Source of the DNA: an uncultured virus (IMG/VR IMGVR_UViG_3300035190_000668)
Lineage: Duplodnaviria; Heunggongvirae; Uroviricota; Caudoviricetes
Reading direction: 5' to 3' (one strand)
Virus record (IMG/VR): IMGVR_UViG_3300035190_000668
DNA length: 64,000 bases
A program made the translations under genes and the position numbers. A model generated the notes under the pieces. It ran no database searches. It was not told the origin of the DNA and saw only the letters and a list, made by a program, of their open reading frames with translations. Of this stretch, positions 26,463 through 36,953 are shown one piece after another. Position 1 is the first letter of the stretch; each line of letters begins with the position of its first letter.

Positions 26463-29400
26463 CTAGTAAAGCCTTTTAAGTGTTAGACTGGTGCTAAGTC
26501 CTTGGCTAAAACTTTGAGATACAGATGTCACAATATACTTTTTGGCTAGCATGCCCTTTAAAGTATACGATAGGGTTACTACATCTCCTATTTGTATTAG
26601 TGGATTTCCAAACATGTTTACCGTGACGGTTTTAGAGAATCCCTCAATACCCATTTCAACAATCTTGAGAAGCTTATAGGCAGCTGTTTTTGACTGTATC
26701 CATTCTGAGTCAAGCTGGACAACCTCAGAAGAATTTGAGGAATCTATTACCGATTCAATAATTTCTGGAGAAGACGGTCCAACAATTTCATGTGTCCAAA
26801 GATTAAGGGTAACCTTAACTCTTTGTATTTCATCTGGTTCTTTTGTTAATAATACCATGTGCGGTGAATTGTTTGCAATTGCCATCCTTGCTCTAAACCC
26901 TGTGTTGATTGGTGTTGAGTAAGATAGTGAATATTCTGTTACCAGCTTTTTTTGCTTATTTTGTTGATCTTGTTTAGAGCTGCCAGGGAAATAGGTGAGC
27001 ATGTACTCAACAGGAAATACATCTACTGATACTGCAGCAGGTGTATCGTACTGAACATCATAATAATTAATTCCAGAAATAGATGGTGTTGTTTGCATAA
27101 TATATGTTAAAGAATTTGAATATAGCGGTTGCTTTTGAACTAGACCATTCAAAAACTCTCTATCTTGATAAAAATAGCTTACACTTCTTTCAAAAAGTGG
27201 TTTTTCTGTAGCATGAATTTCTCTAAGGTTTGCAACAGAAAGCATATAGTTGGGAGTCGGATAAGATATTTCGTCTGATGTTCCTGGTATAACTACTGGA
27301 GAAGGTGAAGCATAAAATCCAAAACTTTTAGATGAGGTAAACATATCTGGCACAACTGGTTTTTGTCTTGCCCCAGTAAGTGTATTTATTTTAGGTGGTT
27401 CCCATGTTGTGCTTGTTTTAGGAATTTGCCATCCAGTTACTTCATAATTGTTTAACGAAACATATAAAACTGCCTTATGAAAATTTTCAGTTGCGTTCTC
27501 ACCGTCAGATCCGTTAGATGAATTAATAACAACTTTAAGATTAAACGCCTTATCAACTACATACGAATATGCATAAATTGATCCATCTGCTGTCTTAGTC
27601 AATATCTTAGGAAGATTATTCAATATATTATTACATTGGCCAGTTACATCTGCCCATGCATAGACAGTTGATGACGAGTCATATACTGCAAGAATATACT
27701 TATACTTTGGTACGTCATAAAAACCGCCAGTCTGTGGATTTATTGTACTATATCTAATTAACTCTATAAATAGAGGTGTTGAAGATCCACTAGAAGTTTG
27801 ATTAAGGAACATTCCTGCTGCCACGACATACTGATCTGGCAAGTCAAACTTAACAGAGTATGTTTTATACTCGTTATCTGTTTCTACCGCTGGACATATA
27901 GCTATCTTGTTTGTTCCAGAAACACCTATACCAATTTTTGTTACATCTGGCAAAGGTAGTGTTGGGTCTGAGTCTTTGTTGTTTGTTATAAAAATATTTC
28001 CAGTTGTTGATGAAAAATTAAAAGAAGAGTTAATTGTTTTCTCTGTTAAACCCTTGCTTGCTAAAGTTGTTACTCTGTTGTGTGCTGTTGGAACTGTTCC
28101 AAACATACCACGCTGCACATTAGTTATTTTACCTGTTGGAACAATCTTAATATCATATCCTTGCTTAGATGTTCCATCAGAAGTTTTTAACCCAACTGTA
28201 TATTCTTTGATATACTTGTTTACTTCAGAAGACAGCTCAAGATTATTCTTAACAGAAACATTTACTGGGTTAGATCCATTTACAGCTGAAATTGTGTATT
28301 GCTTATACTCAAAAGAAACTATTTCATTTTCAATTGCAGCATATCCACTATTGTCCAGGTTAAAGGTATGGAATATATCTAATAAGTCATTATTATTTAT
28401 TGTCATTGTATTTGACTCTTCTGACATATCTGAGTACAGGTAATTAAATCCAACTGAATCAGTAGTTTGTTGCTCCCAAACCACGTCATTTGATGTTGTA
28501 TAAATAGCTGAGGGAGAATTCTTGATATCAAGATTTTCTACATTTTGCAATGCTGGTGATTGCTTTACCTTTGGTGTTTGATATCTTAAAGATATTTTTC
28601 CTGGTTTTTGTAAATTAGATACTGATATACCACCCTCTACAATATCCTGGTCTTCAATAGTCAAAACTGAAGCTGTATCAGTTAGCATCTTGTGAAGACT
28701 TAAAAATCTCATAACTCCATACTCATCAATGTATGCACCAATTTGATAAGCAACAAATATTTGATTTAGTGCATCAATAACCGTAGAGTCTTTTGAGTTA
28801 CAGTAGTAGTATGCTATATCTAACGGGTTAGCTTTATTATTACATATCTTATATAATGAATCATAGTCATAGTCAGTAAATCCAGCAAGGTCTAGTATAT
28901 TTGTTATAACTTCAAATACCGTTTTTAAATTAGCAACATAGTCTGGAACTGGTTTTGACTGAAGGTATCTAGATATATCAAAGCTTTGGATTGTCACATC
29001 GCTTATATCGTTTTCTTCCCATGAGTCTGAATAGAATACACCGCCTGGAATATATGTATTTACGTTTAGGGTTGGTGCAGAGCCTAGAACAGCATGGTCT
29101 ACTAAATTAAAATTAACATAGAACTTAACATTTTTTCTCATCATATTAGAAAGAATTGTTGCTGCACTATTGCTTTGACTAGAAAATATTGGCACAAAAG
29201 AACCATCATTTTTTACAACTGGTATTCCAGATAAAACCATTCTTGCATCATTAGAGTTTATTGATGAAATTGGAAGCGAGCTATTATCTGCGTCAAGTGA
29301 TTTATCAATATCTATGCTTTGAACAAAATCCGACAAGTTAATCTCTAGTCTTGGAGATATCTCAACTATCTGCATTCTATTAAGATCATTGGTAACTGAG

Positions 29401-30581
29401 TCTCCAGAGTAAGATAAGAATGCTGAATTAACAACTCTTGATGTTTGGGTAAGTCTAATTTTCTTAAATGTTGTTTTTGTAGTAAGAACACCATTTGCAT
29501 CAAACTTTGGCATATCTAACCATTTGTCTTGTGTCCATGCTGATCCAGTGTAGTATAAGACAACCACGCCAGATGAGTTTGGAGTTATGCCTGTTAAAGA
29601 TGGTAGCGCTGAATCATCAAGATACATACTAAATGTTGGAGTTGTCATAATTGTATTACACTTAATTACAATCTTATTTGTAACAATATTTTTTTCATAA
29701 ACAGCAGATATGCTTTTTGAAGAGTAATCAGATACAAAGTATTGGTATGAAGATGTGTCTGTTGGCAATGCATTCTTTAAAACAGCAACTGGTGGTGATG
29801 ATAGAAAGAAAGATGGGTTTTGAATAATTGGACTAACTGGCATATACTTGTTACCATAAAAACCACCGCTCAATGTTTCTGAATTTAAAACTTTTGAAGC
29901 AATTCTTCTATAGTTTGAACCAAAAGAACAGTTGGTATCTCCAGAACCCACGTATGATTCTCCTGGTCTAAAATATGTAAATGGGCTTTCTGTAGGCCAA
30001 AGTGATCCATATTTATAATCAAAGTATGTAGTTTCATATATTTCTGGTACTGTAAACATAAGAATTATTGCATTATCAGCGTCAATTGCATCATCGTATG
30101 CTGTTTCAGAAAAAGAGTTTGCAACAATCTTATAAACAAAAGAAGAAAAAGTATCTGAATTTTTTGAGGCACCTACATATGTGACTAGCTTAGTCCATCC
30201 TAAAGAACTTGCTTCAACCTGTTCAGAACCAAACTGAGAGGCTGATCCTTTTCCAAATGCATTAACCATTATTGGTGTTGCGCTGTTAGTTTTAACATAT
30301 GTTATAACCTTGTATGCTGATCCAGATAGTCCAGACACTGTGTATGATACAGAGCCATTTCCATTGGTTAACTCAAGGGCTTTAGTTGTAAAGTTTTCTT
30401 TTTCATTGTCTGCATCATAGATAGTACCAGATGTAACGGTTCCAGAAATTTTGGTTCCAGTTCCAGCAGTAGTTATGTACGGTGGATTAAATAGGTTATG
30501 ATTCCATTCCGCAGATACTACTGGAATTAACTTGATTGAATCTGAATTTTCAAATACTGATGAGTTTACTTCACTGAGCAT
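26463..30581 (-). CDS. Tail hub/baseplate (Tal-like) protein
   Basis: Two genes after the TMP; AYIDEYGVMRF and GNPLIQIGDVVTL..IVTSVSQ hub-like motifs. Confidence 0.75.
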   Translation of the reverse strand: MLSEVNSSVFENSDSIKLIPVVSAEWNHNLFNPPYITTAGTGTKISGTVTSGTIYDADNEKENFTTKALELTNGNGSVSYTVSGLSGSAYKVITYVKTNSATPIMVNAFGKGSASQFGSEQVEASSLGWTKLVTYVGASKNSDTFSSFVYKIVANSFSETAYDDAIDADNAIILMFTVPEIYETTYFDYKYGSLWPTESPFTYFRPGESYVGSGDTNCSFGSNYRRIASKVLNSETLSGGFYGNKYMPVSPIIQNPSFFLSSPPVAVLKNALPTDTSSYQYFVSDYSSKSISAVYEKNIVTNKIVIKCNTIMTTPTFSMYLDDSALPSLTGITPNSSGVVVLYYTGSAWTQDKWLDMPKFDANGVLTTKTTFKKIRLTQTSRVVNSAFLSYSGDSVTNDLNRMQIVEISPRLEINLSDFVQSIDIDKSLDADNSSLPISSINSNDARMVLSGIPVVKNDGSFVPIFSSQSNSAATILSNMMRKNVKFYVNFNLVDHAVLGSAPTLNVNTYIPGGVFYSDSWEENDISDVTIQSFDISRYLQSKPVPDYVANLKTVFEVITNILDLAGFTDYDYDSLYKICNNKANPLDIAYYYCNSKDSTVIDALNQIFVAYQIGAYIDEYGVMRFLSLHKMLTDTASVLTIEDQDIVEGGISVSNLQKPGKISLRYQTPKVKQSPALQNVENLDIKNSPSAIYTTSNDVVWEQQTTDSVGFNYLYSDMSEESNTMTINNNDLLDIFHTFNLDNSGYAAIENEIVSFEYKQYTISAVNGSNPVNVSVKNNLELSSEVNKYIKEYTVGLKTSDGTSKQGYDIKIVPTGKITNVQRGMFGTVPTAHNRVTTLASKGLTEKTINSSFNFSSTTGNIFITNNKDSDPTLPLPDVTKIGIGVSGTNKIAICPAVETDNEYKTYSVKFDLPDQYVVAAGMFLNQTSSGSSTPLFIELIRYSTINPQTGGFYDVPKYKYILAVYDSSSTVYAWADVTGQCNNILNNLPKILTKTADGSIYAYSYVVDKAFNLKVVINSSNGSDGENATENFHKAVLYVSLNNYEVTGWQIPKTSTTWEPPKINTLTGARQKPVVPDMFTSSKSFGFYASPSPVVIPGTSDEISYPTPNYMLSVANLREIHATEKPLFERSVSYFYQDREFLNGLVQKQPLYSNSLTYIMQTTPSISGINYYDVQYDTPAAVSVDVFPVEYMLTYFPGSSKQDQQNKQKKLVTEYSLSYSTPINTGFRARMAIANNSPHMVLLTKEPDEIQRVKVTLNLWTHEIVGPSSPEIIESVIDSSNSSEVVQLDSEWIQSKTAAYKLLKIVEMGIEGFSKTVTVNMFGNPLIQIGDVVTLSYTLKGMLAKKYIVTSVSQSFSQGLSTSLTLKRLY

Positions 30582-31213
30582 TATATCTCCGTAAACTCAA
30601 TACTCATATCAACATAGTCTGAGTTTTTTGTTCTATTAATAATGGTTTTAGAAAAATCAGTCATATAAACATTGTACACTTTAAATCCAGTAGCGTTCTT
30701 ACGTAATGTTGAGCCCTTTTGGTCAGCCACTGCAGTAGTTTCATCTGATGTGGTATATGTTGATCCAGTAAGACCTGATGAACCACTATTAAATGTAAGC
30801 TCTGCAGCTGTCTTAAAATTACTAATTGTTGTACCAGGCTCATCTCCCACGTTTGGAACCGATCCAGTTGCTGGTTCTGATTGATATTCTGAGCTAATTA
30901 TCTTAAGATAAATAGGTATGCCTGCATTTGCTTTATAGAATGATTCAAGCCAAGCAGCTGCAAAATTAATATCTGCGCTTTGTAACTGACCATCAACGAC
31001 CAAGTTCGTTGCACTTGGAACGTACTTCCAAGATGTTGATATTGTATTTTTTTGACCAATAACATATTTTCTCATTTTGCCATTTGCCATGCGTGCTTGT
31101 TGCTCAATAAGCTCTGGTGATATACTTATAGCATCTCTGTTGTGGTCTGTAAGTTTATACCATGTAATATTATCTAAAGACACATGAAGTCCAGACTGAA
31201 TAAGAAATGCCAT
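30581..31213 (-). CDS. Distal tail (Dit-like) protein
   Basis: Immediately after the TMP; RMANGKMRKY motif. Confidence 0.65.
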   Translation of the reverse strand: MAFLIQSGLHVSLDNITWYKLTDHNRDAISISPELIEQQARMANGKMRKYVIGQKNTISTSWKYVPSATNLVVDGQLQSADINFAAAWLESFYKANAGIPIYLKIISSEYQSEPATGSVPNVGDEPGTTISNFKTAAELTFNSGSSGLTGSTYTTSDETTAVADQKGSTLRKNATGFKVYNVYMTDFSKTIINRTKNSDYVDMSIEFTEI

Positions 31214-34200
31214 TATTTTGCCACCATATTCGTTTTATTATTTTTCTTTTGTAATCTATCTAATTCTACCATAACCTTCTTTGCTATCTCATCAGAGTTT
31301 GATCCAGTGACATACATAGTTACATTAGTATTTGATGTACCGCCAGGGTTTGTGATTATGTCTGCAGTTCCATTATTTACAGCATTCATCTTATCAATAC
31401 CGTAGTTGCCTACAGAAGAAGCCTTTACTACAAACTCTCCATTTGAAACACGAATTGATCCTCCACCTGCATAACCAAGTGTTGCTTTAATAGAATCTGA
31501 GCGACCTGTGCCAGGACCCTTTATAAGGCCTCCATTGGCCTTTTTAACAACCTTTTTAGGCAGTTGTGACTTCTCTGACTTAGTTAGCTTTGAGCCATCC
31601 TCAATCTCTTTTTTACGTGCCATCAGCTTATCAATTGGCTCTTCTTGAAGATTTAGTTGTGTCTGTCTATCAAACTCTTGTTGTGCCTGGATAGCCTGTC
31701 TTCCAAACATTGCTGCTTCAATATAGTTACCAGTTAGCTTTGCTGTTGTTGCCTTAGAAGCAAGGTCATCTAGTTCATTAATTAAATCTACTTCTCTTTG
31801 AATTTCATCATTAATCTTTTTTTGAGCATCTTGCTTTGCCTTCAAAGCATCAATTTGCTTGTCTAATATCTTAAGATATCTTTCTTCATCTGTTAGATTC
31901 TTACCGCCTGATGTGCCTGTATCTGGATCTGTATATGGTTTAGTTCCATCGGATCCGCCCATTCTTTTCTTTAAGTCAGCAGCAACTCTTTTTGATTCAG
32001 CAGCAATTTTATCTAAAGCCTTGTTATAAGCAGTTAATGCATTATATTTTCTTATTGCATTTTCTGGTCCAAAAACATCTGGTGAATTTAGTATTTTAAA
32101 TGAGTCTGCTAAAATAAGTGCAGCTCCTGCTAGACCCAATGATTGTGCCTCAAGAATTTTCATTCTCACGCCAGTATCTGTCATTCCAGATGTTGCTTTT
32201 TGTAAAGCTTCTGGCAATGTCTTAAATATTTCATCTAACAAAATAATCTGGTCTGGCTTTGGCATTGTAGCAATAGATGAATTTATTCTTGCAAATCCTT
32301 GAGAGAATTGCTCTGCAGAAATGGTTCCATTATTTAGCTGTGCTGTTAAGCCATTTATAAATCCAACAGCTGCATCGCTAGCTAGTTTAAGATTAATTTT
32401 TGCTTCTTCAGATATATTAGTAACTACACCGCCAACCCACTTTTGAGTTTGGTAATCAAATGATTTCATCTTGTCGTATGATTGAACAAGCAAAGAGTCT
32501 AGATCTTTTAAGATAACTCCAAAGTTCTTATCAAAATTCAATATACCTTGATCTGTTGAAAGATCAATATTGGCAAAGTCAAACTTAATATTAGTCTTAC
32601 CAGATTCTTCCTGTAGTGCCTTAACTATTAAATCAATCTGCTCTTTAGCAAAACCTGAGCCACGCAACTGAATAGCAATAGAGTCAAATACTAGTTTAGC
32701 CTGTGCGTCATTGCCCTTCTTTAAAGATGCAATGTCATTCTTAAAGTCTTTTTGGAATTGCTTATTTTGCTGTAGCGAATCAATTGCAGATTGTTCTTCT
32801 GGTGTTGCTCCTGTAGTTGCTACCGTATTATCTCTAGATAGATAATCAATCTTAGTTGGTACAACTCCAAAAAAGTCACCAAGAGTTTTAAGTTTCTTTT
32901 CAGATACCGTTGCAGCATCGCCCAAGCCTTCAATAGCTACACGCTCACGTTCTTTAGCTGCATTGAGCAACTTAATTATTCCCACTGTTGCAGCAATGCC
33001 AAGTGTAACCAGCTTAAATGGTCCTGGAAGCATCTTTAGTATCATTGATAGTGCTTGGAATCCAAATACTGCTGGCATAATCTTTTGAGCAAGTTCACCC
33101 ATCTTGCCAGGAAGGAATGAGGCTGCTATCATTGCAGAGTTTCCTGCCATACCAACTGCTGCTCCACGTCCTGCCAGCTTGCCACCAACCTTGCTTGCTG
33201 CACCCTTTACTCTTGACATTCTTGAAGGAATTATAGTTGGAGCGGATTGTCCACGCTTAGCAAGTTTTCTTTGGTTTCTTGCAATTGATTTTTCAACAGC
33301 AGTTTGATATGCAACTGCATCATCTCTGCCATCTTTTGGTGCTAGGTTGTGTGCACTTCTTTGTTTTGAACGGTTCTGAACATACTTATCATTATTAGGT
33401 GTTGATGCTGATGCTGCACCACGATTGTACGCAGCTGCATCTTTAGCTCCACTTGCCTGTGCAACCCTATCTCCCATAACAAGAATATTTCTGTTTCCTA
33501 CATCTTTATAGTTTGTAAAGTTTGCTGGTGTTCCAAGAGCTCTTCTTAAGTTTTTATCTTTTTTACCAACAGTTCTTCTTTCAAGAACTTTCCCAGACTT
33601 GCTGTTATCTACAGCAAGCATTGATGTTTGTTGCATATCAGCAACTGCTCGTGTAAGTTTAGCGTCTGCCTTGTCAATTCTTTGTACTGCTCTATCTACT
33701 GCATTATAAAAATCTTTTTCCCCAAAGTTTTTAGGAAGTTGTTTTATTTCATCTCCAACTAAACCACCAAATCTAGCAACACTTGAATGCATTTCTTTTG
33801 TTAGCTTTGGATCTGCAAGAACAGTCTTTAGGCTTAATCCATTACTTTCTGCCCAAGATTGATAGATTGGAGCAAGTGTTCTTTCAGCTTTTGGTCCTGT
33901 GAAAAGAGAAGCCATTTGGTCTCTTCCCATTTCAAAGTTTCCACCAGATGTTCTCTTGTTTGCAGACTCTGGCATCATAAAGCCGAAGCTGCTTAACTGC
34001 TGAACCTTTCCACCTGATGCTGCTGCAGCACGTAAATCTCTAGATAAAGACTTTGAAGATGTTTGTCCAGCAAGTGCTTGTATTTGCTTAGGGTCTGTTA
34101 TCTCTGCATTTTGTGGCTTTGCATGAGCAAAAACATATTTTTCATTATCATACAGGGTTGCAGATGTTCCTCTTGGATTATTTCTTGGAACACCTTGTGC

Positions 34201-36552
34201 ATCTAATGTTTCCTTAAGCGCATCGGAGCTTAGATGCTTAAAGCTATCTCCAGCAAGTTTTGCTTCTTGTTCAAGAGTTGTTAGTACTCGTGTAACACCA
34301 TCAAGGTCTTTGCTAAACCTTCCCAGCGATTCATTTAAAGCTTGCTCATTTGAAGACACTGGTATGTCATAGGTCTTTCCGCCAAAGCTAATGCCACGTC
34401 CCTTTTTATATCCAGGAATATTATCAGCAATCATGCCATTGATAAGTGCGCCATACTTCTTACTCATCTTTGTTGGTATTACTGTTTCTCCTGGTTGTAG
34501 CAATGCTAACTCTGAGTCTTGGTTTCCTGTACCGCCAATTATTGAAGGCTTGCCATCTGCAAACTTCTTAAGTGGTCCACGCCCCATTGGTCTTGCCACT
34601 GGCATAAACTGTCCCTGAGCAGCAATAGATCTTTGATATGCTGTTGTAAGAGCATTAACTGCTGTAGCTTCAGATGTAAATGTTTGAGCAAGATTTCTAT
34701 GAACCTGATCAAGAGATGCAGCAACAGCAGCAGCATTTCTTTGTTCAAGAGTCATATATTTAACTTCTGTACCAAGTGTTGCTGAAGACTGTCCAGTTTT
34801 ATTGAACAGCGTCTTCATTGCTGTAAAGCCCTTAATTATATTTGCAAGACCATTAGCAAGCAAACCAAATGTCATTAGTAGAACTGGCCCAATGCCTGCA
34901 ATTATTGCTGTCATTGTAACAATAATCTTTTTTGTTCCATCTCCAAGATTATTGAATCTGTCTAAAATCTTTGTAACAAACTCAGCAATAGGTGTGACTG
35001 CCTTTAAGAATTCTTCTCCAACAGGAACAAGGGATAGCTTAAGGTTTTCAACAGAAGCTTTAAACTTATTCATTGCAGACTCTGAGGTCATGCCTAATTC
35101 TTTTTCAGATAGCGCAGCAAGATCTTGTACAGATGCGCCAGCTAGGTCAAGAACACGAGAGGCCTGTGTTCCTTCTTTTGTTACGTTTGCAAAAAGAGTA
35201 GACAGACGGGAGAACTGGAACTTACCAAACATTTGCTCAATAGCTTGTGCACGGTTAAGTGGGTCAAGCTGATTGAGAGCTGTTGCAAACTCAATAACAG
35301 TTTTCTTAAGGTCGCCCTTATTGTCTACCACAATCTTCTTTGCATTAATTCCAAAACCTTCAAGCATTGCTGCTGCTTTTCCAGTTGGATTAATCAATGA
35401 TGCAAGACCAGACTTTAGTGCGTTAGCACCTTCTGATGCGTTGATTCCACCTTCCTTCATTGCAGTCATGAAGAATGCTAAATCTTTAACATCTCCGCCA
35501 AGCTGCTGAACGATTGGAGCTGCTTTTGGAATAGCTGTTGAAACGTCATCTAGAGAAAGAACTGTTTGGTTTTCTACTGCGTTAAGAAAGTCAATTGATT
35601 CTGCAAGATTTTCAGAAGACATAGAGAAAGCATTTTGCAAAGCAATTGTTGTTTCAAGAGCTTTTTGACTATCTACTTGTCCAAGAATGGAAAGCTTTGT
35701 TGCTGCAGATGTTTGTCTTTGAAGATCAAGACCCTTAAAACCTGCTGCTGCTGCTTCTGATGCTAAACCTACAGTTGTTGATACAGCAATTCCATATTTT
35801 GTGAACTGCTTTCCAAGTTCTGTAATTCCTTCTAGTGCTGCTTGTGTTTCTGATGCTGGAGTAAACAAATCTCCATAAACTTTTTTAAATCTTATGGCCT
35901 GTGTTTCCATGTCCATAAATGTTTTTGATGCTGCAGAGCCTAAAGCAATTAACGGAATTGTAAAACCAACCATAAGCTGACGACCAGCCCACTGTGTATT
36001 TTTACCAAAGTTAAGAAGATTTGTTGAGCCTTGCTTAAGTAGCTGATTTAAAAGTGCCTGCTTTTCAGAGGCAATCATTGTTTTAGTTGCAAGGTCGTTC
36101 ATGTCAAGTGCAAGAGGACGAACTGCAATTGCCTTCATTGCTCCGTTGGCATCACGACCCATCTTAATATACTGAGTTTGAAGATCTTTTACATTTTCTC
36201 TAGCAACCTTATTAATTGTCTCAAACTCAGTCTTGAACAACCTACCAAAGCTCTTGGATGCACCACCCGCATATCTAAAATATTCTCCCATAGAGAATTT
36301 GTTTTTTTGCAGTGAGTCTGTAAATGATTCTGTTGTGGTTTTTATAGTCTTCATCTGGGCAGAGAATTTGCCCGTAGCATTAACAGAATTAATTAAATTT
36401 TGTTGCATCTGAGCAGTAACTGCATTTGCTGCAGCACCACTCTTTGCCATTGAGGTATGAAAGGCTGATATCTGTCTCTGTAAGTTTTTGATACTAGCAA
36501 GTGCTTCAGTAGTATCAATACTTACTTTAATATTGGACTGAGCATCAGCCAT
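31213..36552 (-). CDS. Tape measure protein
   Basis: 1779 aa, Ala-rich helical, TP901-type core (MKEGGINASEGANALKS), hydrophobic segments; follows the tail chaperones. Confidence 0.93.
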   Translation of the reverse strand: MADAQSNIKVSIDTTEALASIKNLQRQISAFHTSMAKSGAAANAVTAQMQQNLINSVNATGKFSAQMKTIKTTTESFTDSLQKNKFSMGEYFRYAGGASKSFGRLFKTEFETINKVARENVKDLQTQYIKMGRDANGAMKAIAVRPLALDMNDLATKTMIASEKQALLNQLLKQGSTNLLNFGKNTQWAGRQLMVGFTIPLIALGSAASKTFMDMETQAIRFKKVYGDLFTPASETQAALEGITELGKQFTKYGIAVSTTVGLASEAAAAGFKGLDLQRQTSAATKLSILGQVDSQKALETTIALQNAFSMSSENLAESIDFLNAVENQTVLSLDDVSTAIPKAAPIVQQLGGDVKDLAFFMTAMKEGGINASEGANALKSGLASLINPTGKAAAMLEGFGINAKKIVVDNKGDLKKTVIEFATALNQLDPLNRAQAIEQMFGKFQFSRLSTLFANVTKEGTQASRVLDLAGASVQDLAALSEKELGMTSESAMNKFKASVENLKLSLVPVGEEFLKAVTPIAEFVTKILDRFNNLGDGTKKIIVTMTAIIAGIGPVLLMTFGLLANGLANIIKGFTAMKTLFNKTGQSSATLGTEVKYMTLEQRNAAAVAASLDQVHRNLAQTFTSEATAVNALTTAYQRSIAAQGQFMPVARPMGRGPLKKFADGKPSIIGGTGNQDSELALLQPGETVIPTKMSKKYGALINGMIADNIPGYKKGRGISFGGKTYDIPVSSNEQALNESLGRFSKDLDGVTRVLTTLEQEAKLAGDSFKHLSSDALKETLDAQGVPRNNPRGTSATLYDNEKYVFAHAKPQNAEITDPKQIQALAGQTSSKSLSRDLRAAAASGGKVQQLSSFGFMMPESANKRTSGGNFEMGRDQMASLFTGPKAERTLAPIYQSWAESNGLSLKTVLADPKLTKEMHSSVARFGGLVGDEIKQLPKNFGEKDFYNAVDRAVQRIDKADAKLTRAVADMQQTSMLAVDNSKSGKVLERRTVGKKDKNLRRALGTPANFTNYKDVGNRNILVMGDRVAQASGAKDAAAYNRGAASASTPNNDKYVQNRSKQRSAHNLAPKDGRDDAVAYQTAVEKSIARNQRKLAKRGQSAPTIIPSRMSRVKGAASKVGGKLAGRGAAVGMAGNSAMIAASFLPGKMGELAQKIMPAVFGFQALSMILKMLPGPFKLVTLGIAATVGIIKLLNAAKERERVAIEGLGDAATVSEKKLKTLGDFFGVVPTKIDYLSRDNTVATTGATPEEQSAIDSLQQNKQFQKDFKNDIASLKKGNDAQAKLVFDSIAIQLRGSGFAKEQIDLIVKALQEESGKTNIKFDFANIDLSTDQGILNFDKNFGVILKDLDSLLVQSYDKMKSFDYQTQKWVGGVVTNISEEAKINLKLASDAAVGFINGLTAQLNNGTISAEQFSQGFARINSSIATMPKPDQIILLDEIFKTLPEALQKATSGMTDTGVRMKILEAQSLGLAGAALILADSFKILNSPDVFGPENAIRKYNALTAYNKALDKIAAESKRVAADLKKRMGGSDGTKPYTDPDTGTSGGKNLTDEERYLKILDKQIDALKAKQDAQKKINDEIQREVDLINELDDLASKATTAKLTGNYIEAAMFGRQAIQAQQEFDRQTQLNLQEEPIDKLMARKKEIEDGSKLTKSEKSQLPKKVVKKANGGLIKGPGTGRSDSIKATLGYAGGGSIRVSNGEFVVKASSVGNYGIDKMNAVNNGTADIITNPGGTSNTNVTMYVTGSNSDEIAKKVMVELDRLQKKNNKTNMVAK

Positions 36553-36576
36553 TCACTACACCTCTTTATTTAGTTG

Positions 36577-36903
36577 TTATTCTTCATCGCTACTGAAAAT
36601 TGCTGCTGCTTCAGAAAGTGGAATTCCTGATGCTACTTCAACAATCTGATATACAGTAGGCAAGTCAATGTTTTCTTCTAAATTTGCAAGATCTACTGAT
36701 AGTCCAGCAGCATATTGCTCCATAGCAATTACTACGCACTCCATTAGCAAGTCAATTGATTTCTCATTGTTATCTACTACTGCAGCGATACCCTCAAACT
36801 TTTTCATAAACTTTCGTAAAAGTGAAATCTTAAGCGGTCTTAGAGTAATTTCTGTACCATCAAGTAGCTTAATCACATGTGCTTCGTGCACTGTTGTTGC
36901 CAT
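36577..36903 (-). CDS. Tail assembly chaperone, short (gpG-like) paralogue
   Basis: Between tail tube and TMP; SD GGGAGG supports ATG 36903; homologous to the N-terminus of 36954..37652. Confidence 0.75.
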   Translation of the reverse strand: MATTVHEAHVIKLLDGTEITLRPLKISLLRKFMKKFEGIAAVVDNNEKSIDLLMECVVIAMEQYAAGLSVDLANLEENIDLPTVYQIVEVASGIPLSEAAAIFSSDEE

Positions 36904-36930
36904 ATTGATCCCTCCCATAGGTTTGTATCA

Positions 36931-36939
36931 ATTATAGCA
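36931..36939 (-). promoter_or_regulatory. Extended -10 promoter TGCTATAAT
   Basis: Intergenic, upstream of the short chaperone and TMP. Confidence 0.65.
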
Positions 36940-36953
36940 TAATAACGTTTATT

